Assembly (NCBI GenBank): GCA_964036045.1
Contig: OZ038378.1
Span: 54,436,001 to 54,500,000 of the forward strand
Reading direction: 5' to 3'
DNA from: Eutreptiella sp. 'Long Island Sound 2002'
Taxonomy: Eukaryota > Protista > Euglenida
Length of the DNA: 64,000 nt
Made by a program: the position numbers and the translations under genes. A model generated the notes under the pieces. That model ran no database searches and was not told where the DNA came from. It worked only from the letters and a program-made list of their open reading frames with translations. Positions 38,387 to 51,193 of this stretch are shown here, one piece after another; within the stretch, counting starts at the first letter, position 1; every line of letters starts with the position of its first letter.

Positions 38387-40258
38387 CCGTTATGCAGTAC
38401 ACTAACCCACCGCCCACCTACTCCTGTTGAAACACCAAACTCGGCTCCGTGGTAGAAATAGTCATGCACGCATTGCTGCATGGGCCACAGCATTTTCCGG
38501 GCAATCCCACCTTACGCTAAGGAGCACAGATGAGGATTGCGCATAGCCTCTACACAATGAATGAGGGTGTTTTCATGGAATCAGGCAATGGTCACTTGCT
38601 GTGGTTTGTGCACAGTATGCACCTACCATATGGGGAAGGCACCTCCCATTATGTGCAACTCCCACGCGTCACGCAACTTGGACAGTACCCTCTTCAACCC
38701 CCAAACCTAATGTAGGTCAGCGGCCTATACACTGAAGCTACCCCCGATGAGTAGGCACCCTTGACACTGCTAGACATCCCCAAACAACAAAGCAACAGAA
38801 ATTGTGTTAGCTCAAATCTTGCCATACCACAGCCATGAGGTTGTCATGCATCACATGGTGAAAATGTGATGCCTTGGCGATACCTAGATTGCACCATGTT
38901 TTGTCGTGGAAACCAATGCTCCACACGAGGTCTGCGCAACGCTTCTGTTCATTTTGACCAACCATTTGGTGGCTTGTCTGATGGCCTAGATGTTACGCTT
39001 GACCGAAGAACGTGATATGGCTTTCACTTGGACTAGTCTCGCGGGTTGCTTGACCAATTTTAATTTGACGTGCATGGTTGTCACAAGAGGCATGTGCAAA
39101 ATGGCGGTGGCAACATATCAACCCCCTAAGCCGTTTAGAGATGCGCACCACATGTGCACATGTTTTTCTCCCGAGGGCACCGCTGTGCTTTCCCACGGAT
39201 GCTTGCGCTAACCCACTACCTCACCTCCAAGAATTCTCTAACGAACAATGCAGAGTACCCAGGTTGCAAATTATTTAGTCCTACATGATACAACCATGCA
39301 ATTGCTGCACAAGAGCCTGTTAGACTTGCTTTTACTTGATTGATTTCAGTCGCTCGGACCACATGTAGGGGTCTATTCTAGTGCAATGCTTTGCCAAATC
39401 AACCGAACTGTGTTGCCATCGGTGGACATGGCATTCTAGACATGGCATTCTACACAGAAAGGGTATTTTGCATCGTATGTTACGTCGTGTTCGTTGACCG
39501 CGGTCGATGCTCATTGGGTACCACATCAAGGGGTGTTGCCCGTTGCAGTGAAGTGCGAGGAATCCGCGGAAAGGCATGAAGACTGCACCATCTCATTCAT
39601 GAATGAGTCCATCCATGTTGTCGACAGTTCCTTGGGAGGAGCAAGGTTGTTAGGCGGTATCGCACAACAAGTACACGGTGTGTATCATGAACAATGCTAC
39701 CCCACTCTGCGAACAAAGACAAGGCCTGTTCCATGGCAGCATCTCTTGCTTAAGTGCGTTTGATACCACTTGGTAACTTGGCGTCCAGCACATCCAAGCA
39801 ATGGGACAGTGTGCCTTTTGTGGAGTCCCGCAGCTTGCCACTGTGTGCAGCCATTACCAACTTCGCTTGCCTCCTTGCCACAACACGCTTCTTGGCTAGC
39901 TTACGTGGTGTAAGCGATTCGGCGGTGTTTTTGTTTTCGACATCCTTACATGCATCACCTGCAACGTAGACATCCACCTCATTGCAAAATTGTGAATCTG
40001 CGGAAAAGCATGCATCGCAAACCAAACATGTGTTGCACCGGATGCGAAGACATTGCTTGCATGTGGCACACACCATGTGACGAAGTCATGGTTGCCAGTG
40101 TGTATGTCAAGGGTACCGTCTACTACAAGAACTGTGGCAGTGTCTACCTTGTGTCGTTCCCCGGCCTTTCCAAACGGCGGCTTAATGGTCAACAGTGTCT
40201 GCATCCCCCCATAAGACGGCAGCATGTCAACATCGGTATCCACCGCTGCATTGCCTTG
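38387..40258 (+). repeat. Segmental duplication copy 1 (1872 bp)
   Basis: Near-identical to 51194-53051; the same ORFs appear twice in the track. Confidence 0.97.
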
Positions 40259-41500
40259 CATGCGGTGAAGAATGGCGCCTTCAACGGGTTCACATGCATG
40301 CATTTTCCGTAAAACCTATGCCGTGGATGTGCATAAGATCCATCAAATTGTGCAAGAGCTCTGAAATGCCGTGCCACTGCCACTCCTTGTCCCTTTGCCC
40401 GTTGTTGTACAGGGGGAAGGTTGGAATGCGGTGCCTTGCACGTGCTAAGGAAAGGTGTGTCCGAAAAGTCGTGCATACTACTTGTGGACCGCCAAAGAAA
40501 TAAAATGGCCTGCTCTACAACATCTTCAGTACGAGACTATGTTCGCAAGAGTGGAAGGACAGACCACACATCAACCTCAGGCGGCTCTAAGCGAGTGGTC
40601 GGCCGGAACCCAAGAGCGTTTCGCCGCAAATTGAAAAGTCACAGTTTTAAAAAGGGCCTTGTGGGGCAATGCATTTTGAAATGGTTGCTGTACCCCCTGT
40701 TTGGGGGAATAATGTATTTTCAGACCTGAGGGTCCGATCAAAATTTTACTATTTCACATCCAGGTTTCCCAGTGCAATGAGGAAAACCCACTGTTGAAAC
40801 CCCCCCCCCCCCTCAATGACATACCTGTGTGGTGTTTACAAACCACCAACCTGTATTGACGGTTTTATGATCAATGAAACCATCACCTATTGTGGAGCGC
40901 CTGTTTGGCACCAATCCACACGCTGGTGGTGTGTGGTTGCTTAGGAACCTACGAATCACTTGGAAATAAAAAGTGCAGGGTACCAAGCAAATACAGGCAA
41001 GCAGTGGACAGTGCATAGTACGTTGATACAGGTAGGTATGCTCAAGCAGTATTGTATTGGTGAACAGACAGGGTGCGGTAACAAAGATAAGGAACTTTGC
41101 GAATGAATACATTTTGATGAACACATAATTAAACCTCACACAGAAAAACGCACCAATACAGCACTTAAAATGCAAATTTGCTCAAGAACGCTCCGCAGAG
41201 CGTTCTTCAATCAAAGCATACCATGTCGCAAACCACTACATGTTGCAACACACGGAGCAAAATAGTCAAACTAACAGATACAGACGCCTGCAGCACCCAT
41301 TACTTCTTCTTACTCGCCGCCTTGGGCTTTGGTTTGGGGGTTTTTGCACCGCTCACCCTGTTGTGGAACGCATCTAGGCTCCTTGGAGGTTTGAAGGGCT
41401 TGTTTCCACCACCATTGGTGCAACTAGAGCGGTCATCCCTGTTCTCCCTGGCATCTTGTTCCCGGCTCTGTCTTTTCCGTTTTGCTGGTGTGGTTCTCTT

Positions 41501-42958
41501 CTAAGGCTCCAAGCAGTCGTCGTCATCCTCACCAAATTCCTCTAGATCGTCATCACTCTCGCCACATCTCACTTTCTCCACCCTAGCCGGCATCCCGTTG
41601 ACAAGATCCTTCATCCATCTATCCCAGCCAATGATGTACAAGGCGTCGAGTTCCTGAATTGTCTCCCGGCTGTCAGAGGTGACTTGCTGCACACCAGAAA
41701 GCTCACCAGTGTATCCCAAACCCATGTTGATATTCATAACCAGTCCATTACACAGCTAGGCAGGCAACTGATGATATGGGGTGCAGCAGAGAATCCAAGG
41801 CTCCTCACCGGGGGCCCACTGTGGCGGTGGCACAATACCAAGCACTTGCAACAACCATCCTGCAATACCAATTGTGATTCGAGGTGCGCACGACCCTTGA
41901 TCAATATTGATGTAGTTTGGGACCTTCACAGTCCATTTGTTTGGTGTGCCGATCAGTGCCACTCGTTCAGATTATCGATACACACAGTGGCTGATTGATC
42001 GATTATATATCCAGACCTGTGTCCACTACGATCCCTGAGTCCGGGTCCTTCAGCGAGTGACCAATGCGTTTCACGTCCCTAGGCAATGCAAATAGGTGTG
42101 TCCTTCATGAGCAACTTGCCAATCAGGGGATGAATGTGCTCTGTACGGTTTGGTCCCAGTTCCCAGAGAATCTACAATCAAAACACGGTCAGAGACACCC
42201 ATTTTAATCAAATCCGGAGGAAGAACACTCTGCAGAGCATTTCGAGGACGGAACCGACTATTGACTGCACAATCGACAAGGAATGGAATACACCGCTGCA
42301 TAAGGTCTTGCTGCGATGGTACCTGGCACACCACAACCCTGGATGATTGGTGCAATAAGGATTTTTGTCCCTATATCATCGTTGTTCTCATTTGTGGCCT
42401 CGGTCCCTTGTTCCGGAGTAGAACGACCTTGTTGTCAGTGAGCTCCACGTGAACTGTTCGCAAAGGCTTGGTCAAGGCAGGCCTGACAGCCTTCCACTCC
42501 TCTGCACTCCATAAGAAGCATTTTTGCACTGCATCCCACGGCGGGTAGGGGGTAGACCCTGACCAGCGCCAGCGGCCCATGTTCATCTTCACCACAGTGG
42601 CACTCCTCAGCATTTTTCGGATACGCAACATCTCGGATTCGTTTTGTGCATGGAAAATGTCACGGAAAATCGGGACTGTTAATGCAATACGAGCACAACG
42701 AATCAATCGGCACACATGCATACTTCTTGTCTTGTGTACGATACTGCTCTCCAGGTGCAACAAGACAATCTCCCAGGCTCTGTCCTTCTTCAGTCCACGG
42801 CACAGTCTTGCCGGTCCACCCACTTTTATCTTGTCTGACCTCAGAAATGACATGGCCTTGAAATATTGGTCTGGTTGCAGCCCCAGGCATGGTCTCAAAG
42901 TAGTGCAGGTGATCATTGAAGGGCAAAAAGGCAGAACAATGCCTTTTACGAAGCACAA
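41501..42958 (-). pseudogene. Possible decayed IS630/Tc1/mariner-like transposase
   Basis: KDLVNGMPARVEKVR resembles the Tc1 C-terminal LV.SMP.R motif; upstream TMI*G and RVLIVDS remnants; many breaks. Confidence 0.3.
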
Positions 42959-42985
42959 CTTGTCCGGAGCGCTCTGCAGAGGGTT

Positions 42986-44400
42986 CTACCAATCGAAGAC
43001 GGTTTTCAAGGTGTCATTTAATAGCACATCAAGCCCAGAACGCTCTAGAAAGCGTTCTTTGTCCAAAGGCGGTTGGGAAGGATTGCTGCATACCTTCGGT
43101 CCCCGTCTGTCTCTCAAGGTCCGCGAGTGCCCCACTGATCTCGTTCCTCGTAGCCACCACGCCTTCGACCAGAGGTTTCCAAGCCTTGAATGCTGTGTTT
43201 TGCATAGCAACGGGTAATAAAAGTACATTGGGCAAGCAATTAACGTGCAGTGGATCGCAATAACATTATTGCATGCTGGACGGAGTGACTTATCCAGCTT
43301 TCCAGCTTTTGGTAAGGCCAGAAGAAGGGCTGCCTCCTACTCCATGTTTGCAGACGCATTAATCTCATCCCATATCCGGTGTCCAATTTCTGGCAGTCTC
43401 AGCGAAGAAGAGCTGTGTTGCACTGCATTGTGGTCCCCTGCGACCTGCTGCCTGATGGATAGCTTCGTGTCCTCTTTGATCATGTCGCATTGCACGTGGG
43501 ACAGCCATCCCGGAAATGCCTTGCCGGCGTGGGGGTACTCTGCTTGCAATTTTTGAAGAGCCGTACATATGTGCTGCCCACCAAGAACCTACACCGAACC
43601 ACCTACATGGGAGCAGTAATTGAATTGATGCCCGTGACGTAAGATGGCGGTGATGCGGCGTTTGGAACGCGGTACTAAGATTACATATGCTGAGAGCGTG
43701 AAATTGTTCCGTCGGTTTAAAAAAAAATAGCAAAATTGTATTGGGCATAATATGACTTACTGTACATCATCTTACACAGGCGATAGTGGATGCTTTCCTC
43801 CACGAGGATTGGTAACACTTTGTTACTGTGTTGATGAACCTCAAAGAACAGGTGGACTAAAGCTACCAAATCTGGTTGGGATCCTATGGTTAGGTCCGTC
43901 AGGAAAAAAGGTGTCCATTGCAAACTGCGAACACTTGTTCTTGTGCAATCCAATAGGGCACAAATATCTTTTGCCTCCATGGCCCCTTGAAGCAAAGTCT
44001 TTGTTGCGTCACACAACCCTAGCAAAGAGTCATGTAACCTCTGAGCAACCACAGGGGGCCGTTGCTTCAACGCATCCAACTAAGGATACCCGGGGAAAAT
44101 GTCCAAGTCACTGCGCGGCTGTAACAAAGCGATGGCAGTACCGTTAAGGCTCGGGGAATGGGGCGAAGGAGCAAAGCGGCAACGATGGAAATGGTCAAAC
44201 CAAACAATATGTTGGAATCGTTTAACCAGGTTCCAGAGATCCCGAGCCATCTGGCAAGCACATTGATGTGTGCTGGCAACATTATACGTACAAGCTTCCA
44301 AGTGGGAGAGTTTCCTCCTCACTCACGTGGACATAGGAAGATCATCAACAGGATGGCAAGCCCTGACCTTGGAAACGTTTGTGCATCGAACGCCACAAGT
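42986..44400 (-). pseudogene. Possible decayed DDE-type transposase of unclear family
   Basis: Protein-like fragments HIVWFDHFHRCRFAP..SLNGTAIALL, LQWTPFFL, VLPILVEESIHYRLCKMMYS; no family assignable by eye. Confidence 0.25.
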
Positions 44401-45089
44401 TGAGTGCCTCTATGCAAAGGGGGGTGTACCAGCGTGGGGGTGAGGCACCACTCTTTTTTGCCAACCATGGCTGTCGAACATCGCCAAGCAAGCCCCGAGT
44501 CCTTGCATCACCCCGAAGCCCACATACCCACTGTACGAAAACTCCGAGTGCCCGCAAATTGACAGTAACTTGTGAAATGGCTTGGGATCCATTGTGCAAC
44601 TGCCAAGGGACCCGGGAGGTACATCTTGGGACCTCAACCCTAGATTGTAATGTTTGAAGGTAATCTTGCATCTTGTTACCCGAAAGTATGTGACTTGAAG
44701 CCATTGAACTACCAACATCATCTTGCATCTTGTGAGCACTAAAAGTTATCTTGGAAGCCCCAACCTAAGTTGTAACGTTTGAAAGTCATGTGTTCTCTTG
44801 TGACCCCGAACGTATTACTTGAAGCCCTTCAACCACTAACCTGAGGTTGCGGCTTCTAACCCGTAAAACTTATCTTGGAACATCAAAAGTAATTCCTGGC
44901 CTCTGAAAATTATGTCACATCTTGTACCCCGCAACCCGCGACTTGAAGCACTTTGACAACTAACATCTACCTTGCAGCTTGTGACCACTAACAATTATCT
45001 ATGACCTTAACTTGTAACTTCCGATGACTACTGGAAGTTATCTTCCATGTTGTTTCTTCTAGCCTACTATGACCATTGAGTTTGTCTAA

Positions 45090-46425
45090 ATGAGTTCTAG
45101 TGCTATGTTAGCGGTTGTGACGTGCGGGTTCTGAAGGCATGCCTAGAAATGATGACTCAATGTGCTATGGCAATGTGTTATGAGGTGGGAGCGGTGTAGG
45201 ATGTCAATGTACAGCCCGAAACTATGAGTAAACGCCTCGGCTCTCAAATGATGAATACATGCCCTGCAGTGATATCCTAGAGGCTGTATGAGATAGAGGA
45301 TATCAAAGATGGCCGTGAAATGATGACTACATGCCCTGCGGTGACATGGTAGACGGTATGTGAGGTGTAAGATATTGCTGCTCGCCCTCAAACTATGTCT
45401 CAATGCCGTGTGTTGATTGGTTAGAGGGTCTCTGAGGCGTCGCACATCATCCATGGCGCTAAAACCATGTACACTGTCATGCAGGGACATAGGGGATCTA
45501 TGACCTGTACACTGCTCGCGTCAGCCGTCAAATGATGTCCACATGGCCTATGGTGACATGTTCAGGGGCCCGCAAGTTGTAGGATATAATCGCTCCCCCT
45601 AAAAGCATGTCTACATGCCCCATGGGGATATGTTGGAGGGTCTGTGAGGTGTAGGATATTATTGCCGTCCCTGAAACCATGTCTACATGAACTCTGGTGA
45701 TATTTCAATGCTTGTATGAGGTGTAAGTATCAGTGGGCGCCCTAAAACCATGTCTATTTGACCTGTAGTGATACATCGGAGCGTCTATGGGGCGTAGAGT
45801 ATTAGCACCGGCCCTAAAATGATGTCCAAATGCCGTGTGGTGATATGTTACAAGGGCTCTAAGGCGTGGGATATCATAGCCTGCCCCGGAGGCATGTCTA
45901 CATGCTCTGTTGCAATATAGTACAAGATCTGTGATGTGTAGCATCTCAACAATGATTGCAAGACCATGTGAAAGTGCCTTGCAGTGATTTGTTAGGGGGT
46001 CTTTAGGTGTAGGATATCACCTCTAGCCGTCACACCATGTTTGTGTGCCATGCGGTAATATGTTGTAGGGTCTACGCGCTGTGAGACATCAGTACTAGCC
46101 CGGAAACCATGTCTAATTGCCGTGTGTTGATATGTTGGAAGGTCTGTGAGTGGGGGGATATCAGGGATGGTGCCAACCGTATGTCTACGCGCCTTGCGGT
46201 GATATGCCACGGCGTCAGTGGGGTGTAGGATTTTGGAAAATGGCCCAAGATGATAACTAAATGCCCTGTGGCGACATGTTGGAGGGTCTATGAGGGGAAA
46301 AATGATGCTAGTGCTGCCCCTGAGACCATGTGTGCATGCAGTGCGGCAGGATGTCATAGGGTAATTCAAGTGTAAGAACTCTGCATTTGCTCCAAAAACC
46401 ATGTCTACATGGCGCGGTGGGATGG
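45090..46425 (+). repeat. 72/73-bp satellite, block 1
   Basis: Unit approx CCCTGAAACCATGTCTACATGCCCTGCGGTGATATGTTAGAGGGTCTATGAGGTGTAGGATATCAGTGCTGG. Confidence 0.9.
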
Positions 46426-46734
46426 ACAAGGTCATGCCCACCAAGCTTCTACCATCTCCACCCATGGGGACCAGTGAGAAGCCTAGGGGGACCAACCGCT
46501 TTGCCGGGATATTCCACGGTGAGAGCACGGCTCCCAATAACATAGGTGTGGTGCGTTGAGTGCGTTTAACGTGTTTTGCAAGCTCAACTTTTATGCTCCC
46601 GCTCGTGCTTCTACAAGTGTTCTCTTCATTTTGCACGTTATCCGCGATCCGGGGCATTATCCTCTTTGTGCGCGTGCTCCTAACGTAAGGGGATACCGTA
46701 CCAGGACGTACGGGGGGCGGACACCCAAAAATGG
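46426..46734. mobile_element. About 310-bp unique insert interrupting the satellite
   Basis: Non-repeat sequence between satellite units; no clear TSD. Confidence 0.45.
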
Positions 46735-47610
46735 CGATGAGGTGTGGGATATCACTGCTGGCCCTGAGACCATGCGTACATGCCTTACGTTGATATGGTA
46801 GAGGGTCTATGATGTGTAGCATTTCAGCGGTGGCCCTGAAACCACTTTGAAATGTTTTGTGTTGATACGTTAGAGGGTATCTGAAGTGTAGCATATCAGG
46901 GATGGTGGTGAACCAATGTTTACCTGCACTGCGGTGATATGTTAGAAGGTATGTGAGGTCAACTATGGCCATTAAATAATGTATATATGCGGTGCGGTGA
47001 TATGTTAGACGGTCTATGACATTCATAATATCAGTGTGGGCCCTGAGACCATGTGTGCAGCCCTTGCGGTGGTATGTTAGAGGGTCAGTGAGGTGGAGGA
47101 TATTACTGTTGACCCTAAAGCCATGTCTACATGCCATGCCATGATGTGTTAGAGAGTATGTGTGATGTAGGATATCGGCAGTGCCTTTAAAGGATAACCA
47201 CATGCCTTGTGGTGATGTGGTAGAGGGTCCATAACTTGTAGGATAGCAATCCTCGTCTTGAAACATTGTCTCCATGCGATGCGGTGGCATGTTGGTGGGT
47301 CTATGAGCCGCAGAATGTAGGAAGTGGCCCTCAAACCATGTCTACATGCCTTGCTATGCCAGGTTAGAGTGTCTACGAGGTGTGAGATATGATCGCGGCC
47401 CTTTAAGTCATGCCTACATGCCGTGCGGTGATATCTTGGAGGGTCTATGAGATGTAGGATGTCATCACCGCGTATGGAACCATGTCTACCTAGGCCGCGG
47501 TGATATTTCAAGGAGGGTTCATGAGGTGTCCAGTATCAGTGCTAGCCGTCAAATGATGTCTACATGGCCTTGCGGCGATATGTTGGAGGGTCTATGAAAT
47601 GTAGCATATA
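46735..47610 (+). repeat. 72/73-bp satellite, block 2
   Basis: Same unit and orientation as block 1. Confidence 0.9.
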
Positions 47611-47615
47611 CCCCG

Positions 47616-49605
47616 GTGACCTAGATTAAAATCAATATGGTTGATTTAAATTTTTAATATATGAACCCGTTGATATATCAATCTCGCAAATATTAGAGGT
47701 TGAGGTTCAATTTTTTTGATTGGGTAATTTGTACCCATTTTTCGATGCACATATGAGGACCCGTAAGGGGTGTTACATGGTATATTGTTGCACAACCGTA
47801 TGGTAGAGAGCTTCCAATGTTGTGTTGGTGGGTGTCTTGCACGACCCCCCCTCCGGTTGCCGCATTCCACCCCATCCCCCCGCACTCCACACCACCATGT
47901 TCCCTTGTATAGCTCTTGTTATGCCTTTCTCTCGAAAAACCCTTACCGAGCTTAACATGACGCTCGTGCGCTTGAGTGGGGCCAAGAGTTTGCGGGACCC
48001 TTTGGTCTCCCAACTTCTTGGTGAGTGGGTGGCTTCATCTCCCTTGGCCCGGGCCCGATGGTGCGAGGCCACGGAGGTTGGCTACCCCTCCCTTATTCGC
48101 GACAAACAAAAGGAGGCGGTGGAGCAATATGCCTCCCACCTGTTCCCGGCCCCTGACCTCGTCGGCGTCCTCATGGACTTGAGCGCCCCCAAGGTTGGCT
48201 TGCGGCACGTGTCGGGGTCGGTTTAAACGGCCGCAACAGGCCTCCCGTTCCCCCGCCCCATCCCCACTCGGGATAAGTTCACGGACACGTGGAAGGGGTA
48301 CCTCCACCGCATCGTGGCCCGAGACCCACCCTTGGGCCTTTCTCTCTTGCGCGGTCTCCATGACTGGGAGACCGCGCGTGTGGTGAGGGGCGTTTGAATC
48401 ACGTCGCGTCACTTTGGGCCCAACGAGTGGGCTCGGATGCAGGAGGTGGGGTGTGCGGGGGGGGGGGGGATGAGGGGTTGTGGGGGAGCATGGGAGGGGG
48501 TGGGGTGAGCGATGGGAAGAGGGGTGGAGGGAGGGGGGGGGCACCACCGCGCCAAACCCCCCCAAGCCAAGCTGCAACCCAACCCCCCTCAAAAAAACCT
48601 TCGAAAGAACGGTTTGCCTTCAAGTCTGGCTCGGAGAGCGACGATGCGGCGATCCCCTGCAACAAGAAGCCAAACCCCCCCACCCAACCACCACCGCACG
48701 GCCTACGAAGGCCGTCTCCGCCCTCAAACCCAACAACCCCCCCAAGACCGCCACCGCCCACCCCCCCCCCCCGACCAAGACCGACACCCCCAAGGCTGCC
48801 GAGAAGAAGGACTACCGTCCCGAGGATCCGATCGTCGGGACGGTCGTCCACGTACTCTACGCCACCGGAATAGAGAGGGGCACCGTCAGTGGTATCCACG
48901 GACGGAAGTATGGTGCCGTCCGGGTGGATTACCCGGGCGGCAGCACGCTGGACGAGGTCTCGCGGCCCCTCCCCTTCGGCACCCCCGAGGAGGCCGAGCG
49001 GTATTGGGACGAGGCCCAGTCAGGCAAGAAAGAGCCCAAACCGCCCGCCCCCACAAACGAAGAGACTAACCCCCCGAACCCGAACCCTACCGCCGAACCC
49101 GCTAACCCCACTAACCCCACTAACCCCCCATCCGGAGCCGCGAAGATGTGGGACACTACGGGGTCCCATGAGGTATGAGGGCCCACATGGGGACCCAATG
49201 GCCCACAATGGCCATGCACGACATACATGAACACACACATAATGCATTACAGGTTGTGTTGTGCCATTGTTAGGATGGTTAATATTTGGGGAATAGAGTT
49301 AATATTTGTGGGATTAATACTAATGCTGTCAACTCTTGAATTTTCAACTTTTCAAACATTAATCCAAAAAAATTAAAAACAAAAATTAAAGCCGAGAGCC
49401 ATTTTAACATCTTGAAACAACCACATGGGTAGGACCCCCCCACCAACCCCCCGGGGGAAAATGACACCCAAGCCCGCAAGGCACCCCATGGGGGTCATAA
49501 TTTTCACGTCAAAGCCCCTAACCCCCCTTCAAAAAATGCAAACTTGAGATGAACGTGTTAATTTTTTGGCCATATATTAATTCTATTGGGTTTAATCTAG
49601 GTCAC
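47616..49605. mobile_element. About 2-kb TIR element inserted in the satellite
   Basis: Perfect 15-bp TIR GTGACCTAGATTAAA (47616-47630) / TTTAATCTAGGTCAC (49591-49605); satellite resumes on both sides; no transposase and no TSD seen. Confidence 0.8.
48480..49178 (+). CDS. Pro/Lys/Thr-rich ORF with a Tudor/SH3-like barrel, cargo of the TIR element
   Basis: DPIVGTVVHVLYATGIERGTVSGIHGRKYGAVRVDYPGGSTLDEV beta-barrel-like pattern; G/C-ending codon bias; true start uncertain because of poly-G/C tracts. Confidence 0.4.
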   Translation: MGEHGRGWGERWEEGWREGGGTTAPNPPKPSCNPTPLKKTFERTVCLQVWLGERRCGDPLQQEAKPPHPTTTARPTKAVSALKPNNPPKTATAHPPPPTKTDTPKAAEKKDYRPEDPIVGTVVHVLYATGIERGTVSGIHGRKYGAVRVDYPGGSTLDEVSRPLPFGTPEEAERYWDEAQSGKKEPKPPAPTNEETNPPNPNPTAEPANPTNPTNPPSGAAKMWDTTGSHEV

Positions 49606-49609
49606 TAGC

Positions 49610-51190
49610 TTAAGCATGGGCCCTGAAACCATGTCTACACGCCCGCGGTGATGTGTTAGAGGGTCTGTGTGGTGAGCAATATCAATGCTCGCCATGAAAC
49701 TATGTCTACATGCCCTGCGGTCATATATTAGACGGTTTGTGACGTGTAGGTTTTCCAGCTTGGAGGACAAACAATGTCTACATGCCCCTCGATGATATGT
49801 TGGAAGGTCTCTAATGTGTAGGATATCAACACTGGCCCTGAGACCATGTGTCCATGCACTCCGGTGATATGTTAGCAAGTCACTGAGGTGTAGGATACTA
49901 GTGCCCGCCCTAAAACCATGTCTATACATACGCCGCCGTGATGTGTTAGATGGTCTGTGACGGGTAGGATATCGGCGGTGGCCTTTGAATGACAACCACA
50001 TGCTCTGTGGTGATATGTTAGAGGGTCTATAAGGTGGCGCATAGCAATCCTCACTGTGAAACCATGTCTCCCTGCATTGTGGTGATATGTTACAGGATCT
50101 ATGAGCCGTACGAAAAATGTGCCAGCCCTCAAAAAATGCCTTCGTGCCTTGCAGTGATATGCGAGGGGGTCTATGAGGTGTGGGATATCATTGCTACCCC
50201 TACAACGATGCCTTCATGCTATGCGTTGATTGATATGTTAGGGGGTCTATGACGTGGAGGATATCATTGCTTGGTATGAAACCATGTCTACCTTACCGGC
50301 GGTGATACGTCATAGGGTTTGCGGGGAGTGGAATATCAACGCTGGCCATGAAACGATGTCTACATGCCCTTGCGGTGAAATGTTGGAGGGTCCCTGAAGT
50401 GCACGTTTTCAACGTTGGCCTTGAAACCATGTCTACATGCAGTGCCGTGATATGTTAGAGGTCCTATGAGGTGAGGGATACGAGTGCTCACCCCGAAAAC
50501 ATGTTTCCGTGCTGTGCCGTGATATGTTAGACGGTTTTTGCGTTCTAGAACAGTAGCACTAGCCCAAGAACGCATGTGTACATGCCTTGCAGTGATATGT
50601 TAGAGGGTCTATGAGGTGTGGGATATTAGTGTTCGCCCCGAGACTAGGTGTACATGCCCTGTGGGGATGTGTTAGAGGGTCTCTGAGGTGTAGGTCATGA
50701 GCACTCGTCCTAAAACCATGTCAACATACGCTGCCGTGATATATTAGACGGTCTATGAGGTATCAGATATCAGGGCTGGCCCGGAAAATATGTCCGTATG
50801 CCCTTCGGTGACATGTTAGGCGGCCTACGAGGTCTAGGATATGAATGATGGCCTTGTAACTAGGTCTAAATCCCTCCCGGTGAAATGTGAAAAGGGCTGT
50901 GAGGTGTTGGATATCACGGTTGCCTTGAAACCATGTCTACATGCCCTACGGTGATATGTTAAAAGGATCTATTAGGGGTATAATATGAGCGATGGTCAAG
51001 AAGCCATGTCTACATGCCCAGTGCTGGTACCTTTAAGGGTCTATGAGGTGTAGGATATGAGCGCCGGCATTCAAACGACATCTACATTCCCAACAGACAT
51101 ATGTCCAAGCCACCGCGGGCTGTACCATGTCATCGGTGGGTGTGCTGCCATGTACACATGCCCCGCGGTGATATGTTAAAAGGGTCTAGG
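49610..51190 (+). repeat. 72/73-bp satellite, block 3
   Basis: Unit anchor recurs at 50282, 50354, 50427, 50499 and 50572 (spacing 72, 73, 72, 73). Confidence 0.92.
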
Positions 51191-51193
51191 GGA

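Noticed and set aside
45992-47290. 432-aa minus-strand ORF with 24-aa periodicity
   Set aside because: It is the stop-poor frame of the 72-bp satellite; units alternate 72/73 bp elsewhere and break the frame, and there is no LRR or other repeat-protein consensus
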